This document shows positions 1 to 12,731 of a stretch of DNA of 64,000 bases, piece after piece. Source of the DNA: Klebsormidium nitens (lineage: Eukaryota > Plantae > Klebsormidiophyceae); NCBI GenBank assembly GCA_000708835.1, contig DF237258.1, positions 41,877-105,876 on the forward strand. The letters are read 5' to 3'. Position 1 is the stretch's first letter. Each line of letters opens with the position of its first letter. The translations under genes were made by a program, and so were the position numbers. Under the pieces are notes generated by a model that saw only the letters and a program-made list of their open reading frames with translations, did no database searches and was not told the DNA's origin.

Positions 1-444
1 CCACAATTTAACGTGGGTGGCGGTAAGTCTTGAGTTCCTCTTTTCCAGAAATGGTGCTTGATCACTTACTCAAGCACCACCTGCTTTGCCTGCTTGTGAC
101 CGCGAGCTGGTGCACTTTCATGTAGTACCACTCCTGTTGCTTCTATGAAGAAAAGGCTGGTGCTTAAAGTGCCCCTCAAATCAAGTCAAGTTTGCCGTGC
201 CCTTCTTTGAGAATCAAGCACGTGGGTAAGGACAGGAAAAAGGCACTTGAGAATTGTTCTCGTGTCCAAATTTGCTCGCTTGGTCTTGGTAGCTTTTGGA
301 CGTCATGTGCGCCTTGAGCTCACAAACCCTGGTGAAATGCAAATTTTCCCATCAAGAGCTGTGAGATTCCTTCGAACAAAAAGCTAACACCTCTGCTCAA
401 TGCCAACAGGAATTGAGGCTGGTTGCTGCAACATCAGCACCACC

Positions 445-3400
445 ATGGCCAAGTTGTGGCTTGGCCTGGCTTTGCTGCTTTTTGCCTGCGTGGCTCAGAC
501 AGAGGCAGTCACGGAGCCCACAGAAGGTGAGAAGACGTACTTAGTATCTCCTCTTATCCCCCAATTAATGCGCCCCATCAGCATTTCTGTGCAGAGGTGC
601 AAAGAAGCTAGCTTGGGACAAAAACAGGCAGGTAACCGGCCAACTCTGGAGGAGGAGAAGTCATCAACTTGCTATTCCTTTCAAAAAGTGCTGCGTTTTG
701 TACCAATGACAGTTGGATAACAGCTGTGAGGAAGGCCCTGTTGGACTGTCTGTATCTTGACTCTTGATTAGGTCCTTTTAGAATTGGAATTATATACCAA
801 AGTCTATGGTTGTTGTGCTGGCAATCCTGAAATTTTCCTGATTTCAAGTCCTCTCCGCTCTGCAGTGGCGGCCCTCCTGACGATGAAGGCTGCCTGGAAC
901 AACGTGACGCGGCTGACCAGCTGGAACGACACCTCAGACCCCTGCGACAATGGATGGAGGGGCATCATCTGCTCGCTGACGTCGGTGCCTGGAAACAGGC
1001 ACGTCACCGGCATGTAAGTGGCAGCGCTCTAGAGCTGTTTCTCCTGATGAGTGTTGTCCAGGATGACCTCTCCTGCGACACTTACCACTTACTTTATGAA
1101 AATCTGCCAAGATGATAGAACAAAACCTGCCTCTCAAAGTGGTGCACTTTGAGGATTCTTTTTGAGAACGTCTTCCCCGGGAATTCTGGGCAGTCGGCTG
1201 AACAACACACTATTCTGGTTGACAACCATGGCATTCTGAAGCGCAAACCTGATATGATGGTAACTTTGTGTGTGCAGCCAGTTACCAGGCTTCTGGGTGG
1301 GGGGCATTCTCTCTCCTGCGGTGGGGAAGCTGACATACCTCACTCTGCTGGACCTCAACAGCAACAACATGACGGGGCCCATGCCAGCAGAGATTGTCAA
1401 CCTCAACCAAGTGCAGGTACGGATTCTGTTCCGGTCAATCTGATGCACTGTAAAGCCTCAGCATGTCATGACCAGGCAACTGGGATGACACAGGCCTGTG
1501 AGATTTGCCACAGAAAGAGCTGCTGTTAGTGCTCCATACTTACATTTGACCTCCAGGCATTTTGACTCTCTTTCAAAAAAGGTGCACAGCAGACATTGCC
1601 AGGAAGCACGCCATATGGTCATGACCGATCTGGACTAATATAACTAAGTCATTGGGCATGCCACTGGCAATGACTGCTCTGTACCTTTTGCGGTACACCA
1701 GACAGAAAGCATGGGCATCCAAGTTGCTTCAACACAATCCCGATCCACAGATAGCCTGGCCAGACTTCATCCCGCCAGCTATGCTTCAAGTTAGGGGCGT
1801 GGACTCGTTTCTGTGACTCAAAGCTGACACTGTATGTGCCATTTCCTGCAGCGGCTTGTGTTCCGGCAGAGCAGCCTGACTGGCGAGCTAGGCACGTGGC
1901 TGCCCAAGCTGTCTACGCTGCGCATTGTGGATATGGGCAGCAACAAGTTTACAGGGCCCATCCCCGACGAACTTGGAACCTCCCTCAGCACGCTGCAAGT
2001 ATTGTAAGCAGTCCCGCCGTTGAGGCTCTGGCAATTTTTCAAATCTTGAATCATACTGGACAAGGTCATTCTCGTGTTTGGTAAAATTGCACGCCCGAAT
2101 GACAAACAGTTGCTATTCTTCTCCCTTAATGCGAAGTGGCTGCAGACAACGAAGTCGATCTCCGAGAAGAGATATTTTCTGGCTTCTACGGCGCATCTTT
2201 GCTGCAACCTAGCCTAGAAAGCCAGGGATCCGTCATTGCCCCTCTCGTGTGCTGACAGCTACCCCGCCCCATGTGTATATACAGCGACTGTTCGTTCTGC
2301 CAGCTGTCTGGCCCCATCCCCGCCAGCGTCGGCAGCTTAGGCAGCCTGCAGCTGCTGCAGTTGCCCCGCAACAACCTCACAGGGCCCATTCCTCCGGAGC
2401 TGGGCAAGCTGGGGAGTCTGCAGGGAATGTAAGTCATACCATGCGTACAGCAGTCACGTGACTCCCATGCTTGATGTGACAAAGAAAGAAGCTCGTGTGC
2501 CGCTTGCCAAGCACTTTGGGATAGCCCAACAAACGGTTTCTGGTGACGAGTCTGCCTTTAGGATTGAATCAGAGTGCGTGAGACCCCACTGAATCCTGTG
2601 GTAGATGATGAGAGCCATGGAGAGCCTGCCGAGGAACAAGACGCTCTCAGTCGGCTTGAGTCGATTCAGACCGGAATCAACGCTGATGTGGCGGCGTGCT
2701 GAGAGCCTATGCGCTTTGCTCTATTTCAGGAACTTGCAGAACAACAGCCTTACAGGACCGGTGCCGGAGTCGATTGCCGGCTTGACCAACTTGAACCAGC
2801 TGTAAGTGCCACCACCTTTGAGTGCACGATAGGAGGTGCTAGATGGCCCTCTTGTGCTCCGGTTTACCAGATCTGCCCCCTCGGAATAGCTCGACGAGAC
2901 AGTGCTCCCAGATTGATCTGAGTGGGCCGGGGATTTTCAGAAGTCCAGATCTTTCACATGTAGATCTTCCCTCGTAAAAACTTTCCCGCATTCTATGATC
3001 AAACTTACCCGCCGTTGCAAGAAGTCGCTTCAGCAACTGACAATACTGGAGTAACGTAAACCAAGAAGGTCAGGTGTGCGTTCTGTCATCTCATATTACG
3101 GTTCCCTTCGCCTCAACACCAAGCGGACTTCGGTTCTCTCGCGTGTTCAGTGGTCCTTATTGCAGCCCCCTTGGTGTGCAGTGTTTTGGCGTACAACCAG
3201 CTGACCGGGGAGCTGCCAGGCGGCATCCTGACCAACGCGAACGCGCTCATGAGGTACGCCTCTCCTGCTTCTGACGAGCATCTCTGCAACCAAACCTGGT
3301 GCATCGGAGTGCCGTTGACGGTTTGGCCGGATCCTAGCTATTCGAAGCCAGGCTAATGTCAAAGATGGGCTCTTTGTGGACAACAAAGCGCTTCCTTGTC

Positions 3401-6400
3401 CGAACTCTTCAAGCTAGAGCCGATGACAGGGACAAGCTGACCCAATAACTGTCGTGCAGGTTCGACGGCAATCCTCTGTGCGACATCGCGGCCAACGCGC
3501 CGTTCTGCACGGGCGCTCCGCTGCCCTCCACGGGTGGCCCCGGGGGACCGGTCGGCGGGGGCCCCAACGGCCTGGGGACAGCACCAGGGCAGGTGCCCGG
3601 AGCAGCCGGGACGGCAGGGAACGCGACAGCAAACGCAACGGTCCCTGCAAATGCAACGGTAAGCGCGACGCCATGTTGCATAGCTGTGAGTGAGAAAATT
3701 GATCGCAGCGGATGGTGGCCTCATCTGAGCATATGCTAGTGGGACCTTCTGAGTTGTCGGCATGCGAGAGTAGTATGGCGTCAGAAGTCATTCTCAGCAG
3801 AGCGTCGGGTTTTTTTGTCAAGGTCTCGGGGCCAGGAGAAAGGGAGTCCGCTTTGGAGGTCGAGGCGAAAAAGTTCCTGCCAGTGTGAACACAACAGTAC
3901 AATCGTTTGTGGCTGCATTGGAATGGGCAAGCCTGTCCATCGTAAGGACGCGCTCAAAACGCTTCCGGTACAAAGCTGCTTTCGTAGCCCTAAAGTTTCT
4001 TCTTCGTGCACAGACGCCGGCGGCTGCCCCCTCTGGTGCCGCTCAAACCCCCGCCGCTGGCCCCGCACCCGAGCCCGTTGCCGTAGCCCCAGTGCAAAAC
4101 CCTGTTGCCACGACTAACGCAACCACTAACCAGAGCTCGCCCGCTAACCAAACCGGCGCTGCCAGCCTGACGGGGCCTGTCGGCGCCTCCGGGCCGACGA
4201 CCGTGAACCAAGGTCAGCGACTTACGCAGTCTTAACGCGCGACACTTGGTCGCCTTCTCGTGCCTCTTCTTCACGAAGACATGGTAGACCGCCCGGGAGG
4301 GCGGCGGAGGCTTGCCTCTTAGAGCCGGGACTGGGCAGATTTTATAAAGGGCTCCTTAACGTGTGTAAGTGTGACCTGATGGACGAAGGTATGTGTGCAG
4401 GGGCCAGGCCGACTACTTGGCTCTGATTATCTTGTGTGAATTAGATTTCGGTTTCGTTCCGTACTATTTAAATGCTGAAGTCTGTGCGCGAGCGTGCGCG
4501 CAAGGGACACGGAAGCCGTACAGCGTCCTGTGGTCTGAACTGTTGGCAGTACGTACCAGAATTTCGGTCACTGTTCCCTCCGGGGACTTTGACCCATCCT
4601 TGCAAATCTTCAGCAGCAATACTGGATGAGTCTATCGCATATAAGGGTGATCTGAATTTTGATCTATGTGATCGTGGGCCGGGGTACGCCACAGTGTCAG
4701 GTGCTTGAATGAGGTACAAACCGAAACGTGGCAGCTTCACAGCCTTCGGCATGCAACGTGGCAGGCCTGTATTAAATCTATTCGGAGATCTCGAGGTCAA
4801 GCGTTACAATGTTTCGTTTTTGCGCGTCGGCACACTCGCGTCCGCGTTCGATTTCGTAGCAATAATCGGCGAAGGCGCGCGGGGCAGTCTAGGCTTGGTG
4901 GCGTTTGAGGTATGGATGTTTTGGGGGATTTTGCGTATGTTTTCGTATCGAACTCCGGGCAAGTGAAAAACAGCGGCAGACTCAGCTTCCTTATCTTCCG
5001 CAGAGCGGCGCCGTACAGCGTCGCAAGAACGCGGTTGACACGAAAGCAATAGTCCGCATATTTTACTGCGTAAAAGAGGCAAGCCAATATCCGAGTGGGA
5101 ATCGCACCGAATACCTGTCAAGCTTGCTGACAAGACGCCCATGTTCAGTTGGTATTGAATGCCTCTTTGCGGTCACCATTTGCCGGCAGTCCACACTTCA
5201 CCCATAGCCAAAGCAGAAGCGGTCAGATAACTTCACTTTGACGGCCGAAATTCGACATCCCGCAAGACGAGGTTCAGGACAACTCAAATCCTCACATGCT
5301 TCAAGCTGTTGCTTCTCCTAAATTACTGTCCCTCGTTCACTCCAGGCTCCAGCGGTGGCGGCTCCTCGGTGGGCCTCATCGTCGGGGTGGTGGTCGGCGC
5401 GGCCGGCTTCCTGCTGCTGGTGGCGCTCATTGCCGCGGCCATCGCCCGCAACCGCCGCGCGCGGCGCCAGTCCAAGGGCCTGCTGGGCGACGGGTACCAC
5501 TCCAAAACCACCTCGACAAACGGTGAGAAGCAGAAACGTGCAGCGCAGCTTTTCCTTGTCGCATCTTGCCGCTTTGCTTCCGGAGAATTTCTTCGTTTGT
5601 CACGTGTGGTCAGGAGGCTCCCCAAAGACTGGTTTCGAATGGCCTTCTTTCTTCTTTTTGTGCCCTTGCAAGCTTACCCGGGCACCAGGACGTGATTGCT
5701 CAGAAATTGAAGACTTCAAAAGAGGTGCGAGGATGACTGAAGACGTTGTGATTCAAACGCCTTCTCTCAAGCGATGAAGGCCCCCTGTGACGTAAGTGGC
5801 AACTCCTTCTGACGTGCCGTTTCCCCCTTTGTGCAGGCTCTGACGCTGCCACCCGGTCCGTCAAGTCCCAAATTTTGCGCGCGCTCCACCTGGCCAGCCC
5901 CAAGACGCTGCCCGTCACCGGGCCGGGGGGCGCCGGTCCCACCTACTTCGCCCCCCCCGGCGCGGTGGAGGGCATGGAGGCGCCGCTGCTGTTCACGTTC
6001 CGCGAGCTGCAGGTCATTACGAACGGCTTCAGCGATGAGTTATTGATCGGCGAGGGGGGCTTCGGCAAGGTGTACCGGGCGGGGATCAAGGACCAGGCCG
6101 TCGCAATCAAGCGGCTCGAGAAGCAGGCCGCCTTCCCGGGGAAGCACGTAAGCGGGAACAAGAAACTTTTGCTCGCGGTTGGTACTATCAGTGGGTGATA
6201 ATCCTAGGGAGAGCGACGCACATACAAGCTCCCATAAATCTCGATCGATGAACGCGCAGGCTTACAAGCTGTCTTTCGCTCGGTCCCCCATGGGAAGACC
6301 TTGTTCTGAGAAGACGGTTGCCCAGGTGACGAATGAATCCGCGTTTCGTGGGCGCTAATTTGTCTCTCTTTTTGTGTGCGCGCGCAGGGCGAGAAGCAGT

Positions 6401-9270
6401 TCCGCACGGAGGTGGACGTGCTGAGCCGCATCCGGCACCCCAACCTGCTGGGCCTCATCGGCTACTGCGCCGACGGCGGCGAGCGCGCGCTCGTGTACCC
6501 GCTCATGGCCAACCAGTCGCTGCACACACAGCTGCACGGTGAGGCGACCATTGTTCTGTTTGGAAAACCTACCCTATACCCTCTGTTCCGGCTGCAAACC
6601 ATCTTCCAGATCGCGTTCTCGCCCGTCCCTCAACATGGGGATGACTGGCGTATGCAACATTAGCTCTTGATCTTTCAAATATTCCAACGCGTTGCTGAGA
6701 TCGAACTGTAGGCGCCGATTAACTTTGGGCGCTGACTACACGGCCTGTTGAACGAAGCAGGTTCATTTCTTCAGTAGATTCTCTTGAAGCCTCTTTATGA
6801 AAAGGCCTCAGAAAGAAAAAGCAAGTCGGACTCGGATTTCAGGAGCCAGACTCCTGAAATCATTTTCAGGAGACTCGACGAGCCGAAAGCCCATGAAAAA
6901 CCAAAGATTTGAATCTGGTTGCACAAGGTTTTGGTTCATTACGCCGACTCCGAAGCCGTGAGTCAGCTTCTGATCCCTTCTGAAATTGCCTCCGCAGAGC
7001 GGCGAGCGGCGCACACCCTGGGCAGCTGGCGCACGCGGCTGACGATCGCGGTCCAGAGCGCGCGCGCGCTCGCGTACCTGCACGACGAGGCGTCCCCGCC
7101 AGTGATCCACCGCGACTTCACTAGCAGCAACGTGCTGCTGGACGGCGACTGGACGGCCGTCGTGTCCGACTTCGGCCTGGCCAAGCTGCTGCCACAGGCC
7201 GGCGTGCCCAACGCCACGCAGTCCACGCGCCTGCACGGCACTCTGGGCTACCTCGCGCCAGAGTGAGTCGACGCGGCGGGGAGAAGCTCCTCAGGACTTT
7301 GTTTTGCTGGAGGTATCTTCCGGGGAACACGTCAAGCTTACGATCAGTTGGTTGAATGCAAACACTTACTTTGCGTCCATAAGAACCAATTTTCGGAAAC
7401 TTGAGAGTTGTTCTTGTCGATGATTTTAACGTGTCGAGTCGGCTCCACGACTTCCTTTGCAAGAGGGAGAGCTCCTCTCCGTAGATTGAAAAGCTTCGCA
7501 ACGTTGGCGCGTCCTTCGTCGCTGCACCGCCTACCGCGTTCAAACAACCGTGGCAAGCAAGCCTCTTGACAGCACTGCCGGCATTTGCTGACGTGGCCCC
7601 GCTCCGCAGGTACTTGCGTGGTCAGGTGACGGAGAAGAACGACGTGTACAGCTTTGGCGTGGTGTTGCTGGAGCTGCTGTCGGGGCGGCGCGCGCTGGTG
7701 AGCGAGCAGTTCGACCTGGTGCAGTGGGCCACCGCCATCATCCGGGGGCCGCCGCCCATCCTCGACAAAATCCTGGACCTCTCCATCAAGGTAAACTTTG
7801 CACTCCTTAACAATCATTTCTCCCCAGGTTCATGTAATTTCTCTGACAACTCGATCCGCAGTTCTGGCAGCCGCATGCTCCACTCTTGAGGAGTTTGCTG
7901 CGGGGTTCTTGAGCACTTGAACAGCTCTGTCTTTTCCTTGCTCTTGTAAGATTTTGGACCTCTCCATTAAAGTTAAACGAACAGGGGTTTTTGCGGTTTA
8001 CCGTGGTTGGTTACGGGCTGGTTATGTGTTCTGTGACCAGACCCGAGCAGTAACAAGACTTGAAAAAATGGTGAGGGCCGGTCATTGGTCGACGCAAGGT
8101 CTCATTACCCAGCCTGATTGGCATTCCGATTCTGTCCGGTTTTGCGCGCACTCGTCAGCTTCGAGTCATAGTCACCCTCTTATCAGCTCTCGCGGCAGCT
8201 CAATTGCCCTCTTGAATCGTCCGCGTGCGCTTGATTCCAAGTTGAATATGTATTCCCTTTCGTTGTGTTTCCTTGCGTGACGATTGGAGAAGGCCCCGGT
8301 CAGATGGCAGATTTTCCAAGCAACTTTTGTGGACGGTGGTTTGTGAAAGTGCTGACTTGAGCACCCTGTTCGTAGACGAAATCCGAAATAGGACGTGTTG
8401 TATCTGAGGGGACGGGATTGCTCGTGGGTGATATTGTGAAGCGAATTGGTTCTATCGTCGACGTTCCAGTAGGCAAAGAACAATTTCCTTAAAGTCGTGT
8501 TGAGATTGGAGATGTTTTTGTCCCATATTGCTTACTTACAAAAAATTTTAGTCTCACAACGGTTCACTGAACCTTTTTTGTTTCTCACAAAAAAGTGTAG
8601 CAAAGCAAAAAAAAGACAGTGTTCTTGGCACACGCTCATCTTAATTCACTCGCTTTGTGTGCAGACGGACATTCCGCTGGCCGCGCTTCAAACTGCCATT
8701 CGCGTCGCCGCCAGCTGCGTAGAGACGGACCCCAAGCGCCGGCCCAGGATGGCGGACGTCGTGAGGACGCTGGGGGCCGCGCTCGAGGTACGGGGCTTGC
8801 CACATCGCCTCTCTTCTTGCTTCTTCTCATTTTCTTCTTGTGAATATTACAGTGGCAAGAAGAGGACTCGTCTTCCTTGGAACTCCAATGCGGGGGATTG
8901 CAAGAACATCTGAAACTAGAAGAAAAGCAAGTCAGGATTGACTCCCCTGAACCTGATGCTTTCGTGCCGCGGTTGCTACGGGACACCTTTGACGGCACCA
9001 ATTATTGGTCAGCCAGTTTCGCTGACCGTCTCCCCCGCCCTTTCTCCGCAGGAGGCGTATGGGCCCGACGCAAACCCCGCGCGCGCGGACCGCGCGATGT
9101 CGGCTGTCGGCCCCGTGGCCGCGATCGCGGGCGTGCCTGAGGATGCGGCGGTGCATGATGATGACGCGCGCAGCACGGGCAGCTTCGATTATCGCCTCGC
9201 GGAGGGCACCGGCTCGCAGCCCTCAACAGGCAGCATCGACGTGTCCGGAGAGGAGCGCACCAGCGCGTGA
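445..9270 (+). CDS. LRR receptor-like kinase (signal peptide, LRRNT, ~7-8 LRRs, Pro/Gly/Ala/Thr-rich stalk, TM, Ser/Thr kinase); 16 exons
   Basis: Exons 445-526, 866-1013, 1278-1416, 1852-2003, 2285-2428, 2730-2801, 3182-3253, 3460-3658, 4014-4212, 5346-5522, 5837-6147, 6388-6538, 6998-7262, 7610-7790, 8665-8787 and 9052-9270 join in frame via GT-AG introns. Signal peptide [21 protein letters not shown]; [22 protein letters not shown]; plant-type LRRs ([50 protein letters not shown]); [28 protein letters not shown] followed by RNRRARR; kinase motifs [53 protein letters not shown] and VYPLMAN resemble LRR-II/SERK-type kinases, but the subfamily is not assigned. Confidence 0.95.
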
Positions 9271-10590
9271 GAGCGCGCGCGCGCCACGTGGTCATGTGAC
9301 TAACTTAGGACGGGGGGATCATTCTCCAGCGCAAACGTTGAAAGGTAGTGTTGCTTGCAGAGAGATGGCAATGGCGGGGCAATGGCGAGGGATTGTTGGA
9401 ATAAGGAAGCATGGGTCTGGGAAAGAAGAAAGGGACGAGGTCTGGCGAGCGAGAAGAGGAGGTTGCTCTAGGACAGCTATGCTTGCATACCTTGCAGTTA
9501 GGACTGCTATGACCAACTCTCACCGTAAGGTAGATCTTGACTCCTAACGCCGTTAATTGGGAGATTTGGCCTGCGAGGCAGGTTATAGTTTGGACGCTGG
9601 AGGGGCAAGGATGAGCTTCGACTTTGAAGAATGTCGTTCTTGTTCCTTCGGTTAGGATCGGGGCTTGGTGGGCAGATTAACTTTGTAGGTAGATGAACGG
9701 TAATCGTTTGACCAAGGATCAACAATGTATATTAGTTTAGGTGTCCAAAACTGAGCCGCGGGGGTACAGCAGCCAGTAAAGATTCGAGCGACAGGGCGAC
9801 ACGTAGACAGGGCACGGAGCTTGTTCCTGCCCCGTGTATTATAAGACAGTACATAGCTCGAAACGATTAAGAAAGTTGGGGCGTGCCCCGATTTGACGGT
9901 ATGGGCGCACCGTCATTGTACCATCCTCTGACCAAGCCTTGTTGATCTAGTTCTCTTCAAAGGATTGTGCTGGTTCCTGTCATTTCATGCTGCATATGAC
10001 TACGGATCGACGCTTTTCTTTAAGATATGCAGCTGTGTTTGATCCCAGATTTGCTACGTGAGGTGACTGCACTATATGTTACCTATTCTGCATGGACGAT
10101 GATAAATTTTATATAGCGAGCAACCAACATGGAGCACGATTCGGATGGTAAATCAAATCTTGTTTCGAGAGAACTGTAAGAAGGCGGCTGTATGCTTTCG
10201 CTAGAACATACAAAGAGACCATGAGCATAGGTACTGGACTCATGCAATATTCCAAACGCTGTCATGGAGTAAGGTGCCACTGCAAAAGCATGTTAGGCCA
10301 AGACGAAGCATGCCGCGGCGTGGCGCTTTCATGGCAGTTTGTCCTTGAGGGTGGATCTGATCCCGGCCCTTCGAAATAATGCAGAGAGTTGCCAGCAAAA
10401 TATCCAGGACAGTTACAAAAGCAGGGAACTTCGGATTGGAAAACGACAACAACGTCGTTTGCAACTTTCTTCAGACTGCAAATTCATATCGGACCTTAGT
10501 CCTGCGGCTAGTCTGGTTCAAGCTGGATCTTTGGCGACCGCATGACTAACTCCTAAGTCGACGTTCTATTACCTTACTGGTCCGAGCTAC

Positions 10591-12731
10591 TCAGGCTAGA
10601 AGCGGTTCGTCCCTGGGCCCCCTTAATCTGGCCGCTACCAGACGGCACCCCGCCGCAGCGGCCTTGCCCACCTGCCTCACGACCGTCCACACGAGACACG
10701 CGCCAAGGTACGCGAAGAAGGCACCCAGTGCTAGGACTGCCCACGTTTTCACAAAGCCGCAGACGAACAGGCCAGCAAAGATACCCATTGGATCCGGCCT
10801 GCCTTGCAGCGTGGCCTCAAGCGGGGGCCACACGAAGATCCCTGCCCAAAACAGCTGGATAGTCATCCACTTGGCGTCGGTGGACATGAAGGCGAACACT
10901 CCCCAGACAAACAGGTAGTCGAGCAGCACGGCCAGGCAGAGGATGAGGTCCGCGAGCTGGAAAAAAGCAACTGCCCTATCCAACTCCTGGAGAGCTCTTT
11001 GGAACCGATACGCGGACTGAACTTCCTCTTCCACAAGGGCCAGGAAGGCGTCGTCAAAAGCTTCGTCTCTTTCCGTTCCGCCCTCTGCCCCTTCCGTTTG
11101 CAGCGGAGCCCCTCCGCGGTACCGCATGCGCACGAGCCTCACCCGGGCGCCCCGCTCCGAAGCGCACAGCTCTTTGAGTTTGGAGAGAACCTGCTGAAAT
11201 CCGCCCGCGCTTTTGGAGTAAAAGGCTGGCCGCAAGTGGATTGCGACCTCCGAGACATGTTCGTTCCGGTCTAAGAACAGCGCAACGGACTCGAGGTCCG
11301 TCACAGACAGCGGAAAGTCGAGCTCTAGAGTGTGAAGGCCCGTGCTCCTCTGCAGCTCTGCGCAACCCAAAATGGCCCGCGCCATGTCCGGCTTCTCGAA
11401 CGGAAAGTGCTGTTCGAAGACCACGCAGCCGATACCGCAATCCCCGATCAAACCGCAGAGGAAGCGGAATCGATCCCCCTTCAGCAGGCAGTTCCGGAAG
11501 ACCAAGCGGAGCTTGTCGGGCGACTCTTGGAGATATTGCCGCAGCTCTTCGAGGAGTGGGGGCTTGGCTTCTTCTAGAAGCTCGAAGACTACAGTCTCAC
11601 TGACGACTTTGGCCGTTGCACCTCTCATGCCCGACGCAGACCTGCCTGAGATCGCTTCCACCTTTTCTCTGAGCTCGACTAGCGAAAAGATTTTGTCGAC
11701 GAACATTTGGTAGGCAGCTTTTGAACCCTCAAACTCAGGCGCCGTGGAAGCAGCCACACGCTCCAGCTTGGATTCAATCGCTTCGTATTCAGGGGCTGCG
11801 TCTTGGCCTTGCGCATAAGAGTTGAAGCGGCTCAGGCATTCCGGCCTCCAGGGATGGACTCCGGTCACTAACAGGTTCACGTGCAGCGAGCAGTCGAGGG
11901 CCAGGCTGCGGATGACGTCAAGCACAGGGTGGTTGGAGACAAAGCCAGGGTCGCTTTCTCCGTCCATCTTTAGGTCCACGTGATACCCTCAGGCCGCTGA
12001 AAGAGCGATGATGCAGGCTGCCAGGAAGTTTGGGTACAAGTTCACTGCTCCAGAGACGTCAAGGCAGACTGCCCGCTTTGATGACCCCTTGCCTGCAGGC
12101 TGCTTTACGCCTCGGAGGCGGGCCAGCACCTTCCTTGCGAAAGCAGCAGGACTGTGGGCCAGCTTTGGGCAGGCCAGAAGGAGATTCCATGCTGCTGTAG
12201 CTATTCTCGGGATGCGGTTGTATTGCTCAAAGAACCAGAGGGAGCACGTCTCCTCAGCAAACTTAAGTCGGCCCCACTCCTCAGGCACTGCCGTGTAATG
12301 GACCCTAAGCGGCACTATCAGGCCGAGATTGAGAAAGGTCTTGGCAAATGAACCTGAAGCTCGCGACTCTGCCCTTCCGATCTCGCTGGAATATTCCACT
12401 TTGTGTTCCAAATAGCTTGTGGTGACGTCAGCCAGGGTCGCGGCCATGCGTCTGATCTGCGGTGCAGCTGCCTGCATGCCTGGGTCAATCCGGCCCAGCA
12501 GACACAAGATCTGCTCTTCCGTGCATTCAAAAACATCATGTCACCGAGCTCGATGTCCCGCCACAGCTCCGGCACCCTCAGCGTGTCCCGATGGGCTTTG
12601 TTCAACAGCTCCAGCGGCAACCGGTCCTTGAGATCAACTTTCTGCAGTATGATGCGGAGGACGTCAAGGGGGAGGGCACAGAACGCCCCTGCTTCGCCTG
12701 CACGAGTTGATTGGGCGTGACCTTGCGCCAT
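10591..12731 (-). pseudogene. Intronless F-box protein gene with degenerate LRR/RNI-like middle and C-terminal multi-TM region; disrupted by a 1-nt frameshift and an in-frame TGA
   Basis: ATG at 12731 (the track start at 12740 is TTG). F-box FCALPLDVLRIILQKVDLKDRLPLELLNKAHRDTLRVPELWRDIEL. One extra T in the T5 run at 12533-12529 joins it to ECTEEQILCLLGRIDP... That frame hits TGA at 11991-11989 and continues in the same frame (GYHVDLKMD...) to the stop at 10591; repaired length is ~713 aa. The C-terminus has several hydrophobic helices (FFQLADLILCLAVLLDYLFVWGVFAFM; IFAGLFVCGFVKTWAVLALGAFFAYLGACLVWTVV). Confidence 0.75.

Noticed and set aside
52-79. 10-bp perfect hairpin TGGTGCTTGA-tcacttac-TCAAGCACCA upstream of the RLK
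   Set aside because: An isolated short stem with no U-tract or RNA-family features; expected by chance in 64 kb.
4709-4966. Intronic ORF with [18 protein letters not shown], resembling a kinase Gly loop
   Set aside because: No other kinase motifs follow, and it has no splice-compatible context.
10804-11603. Long plus-strand ORFs overlapping the F-box gene
   Set aside because: Antisense shadows of a GC-rich coding region.
11989-11991. In-frame TGA read as selenocysteine or programmed readthrough
   Set aside because: No redox (CxxU) context, no recognisable readthrough motif (the next bases are GGG), and an independent frameshift upstream; a nonsense mutation is simpler.
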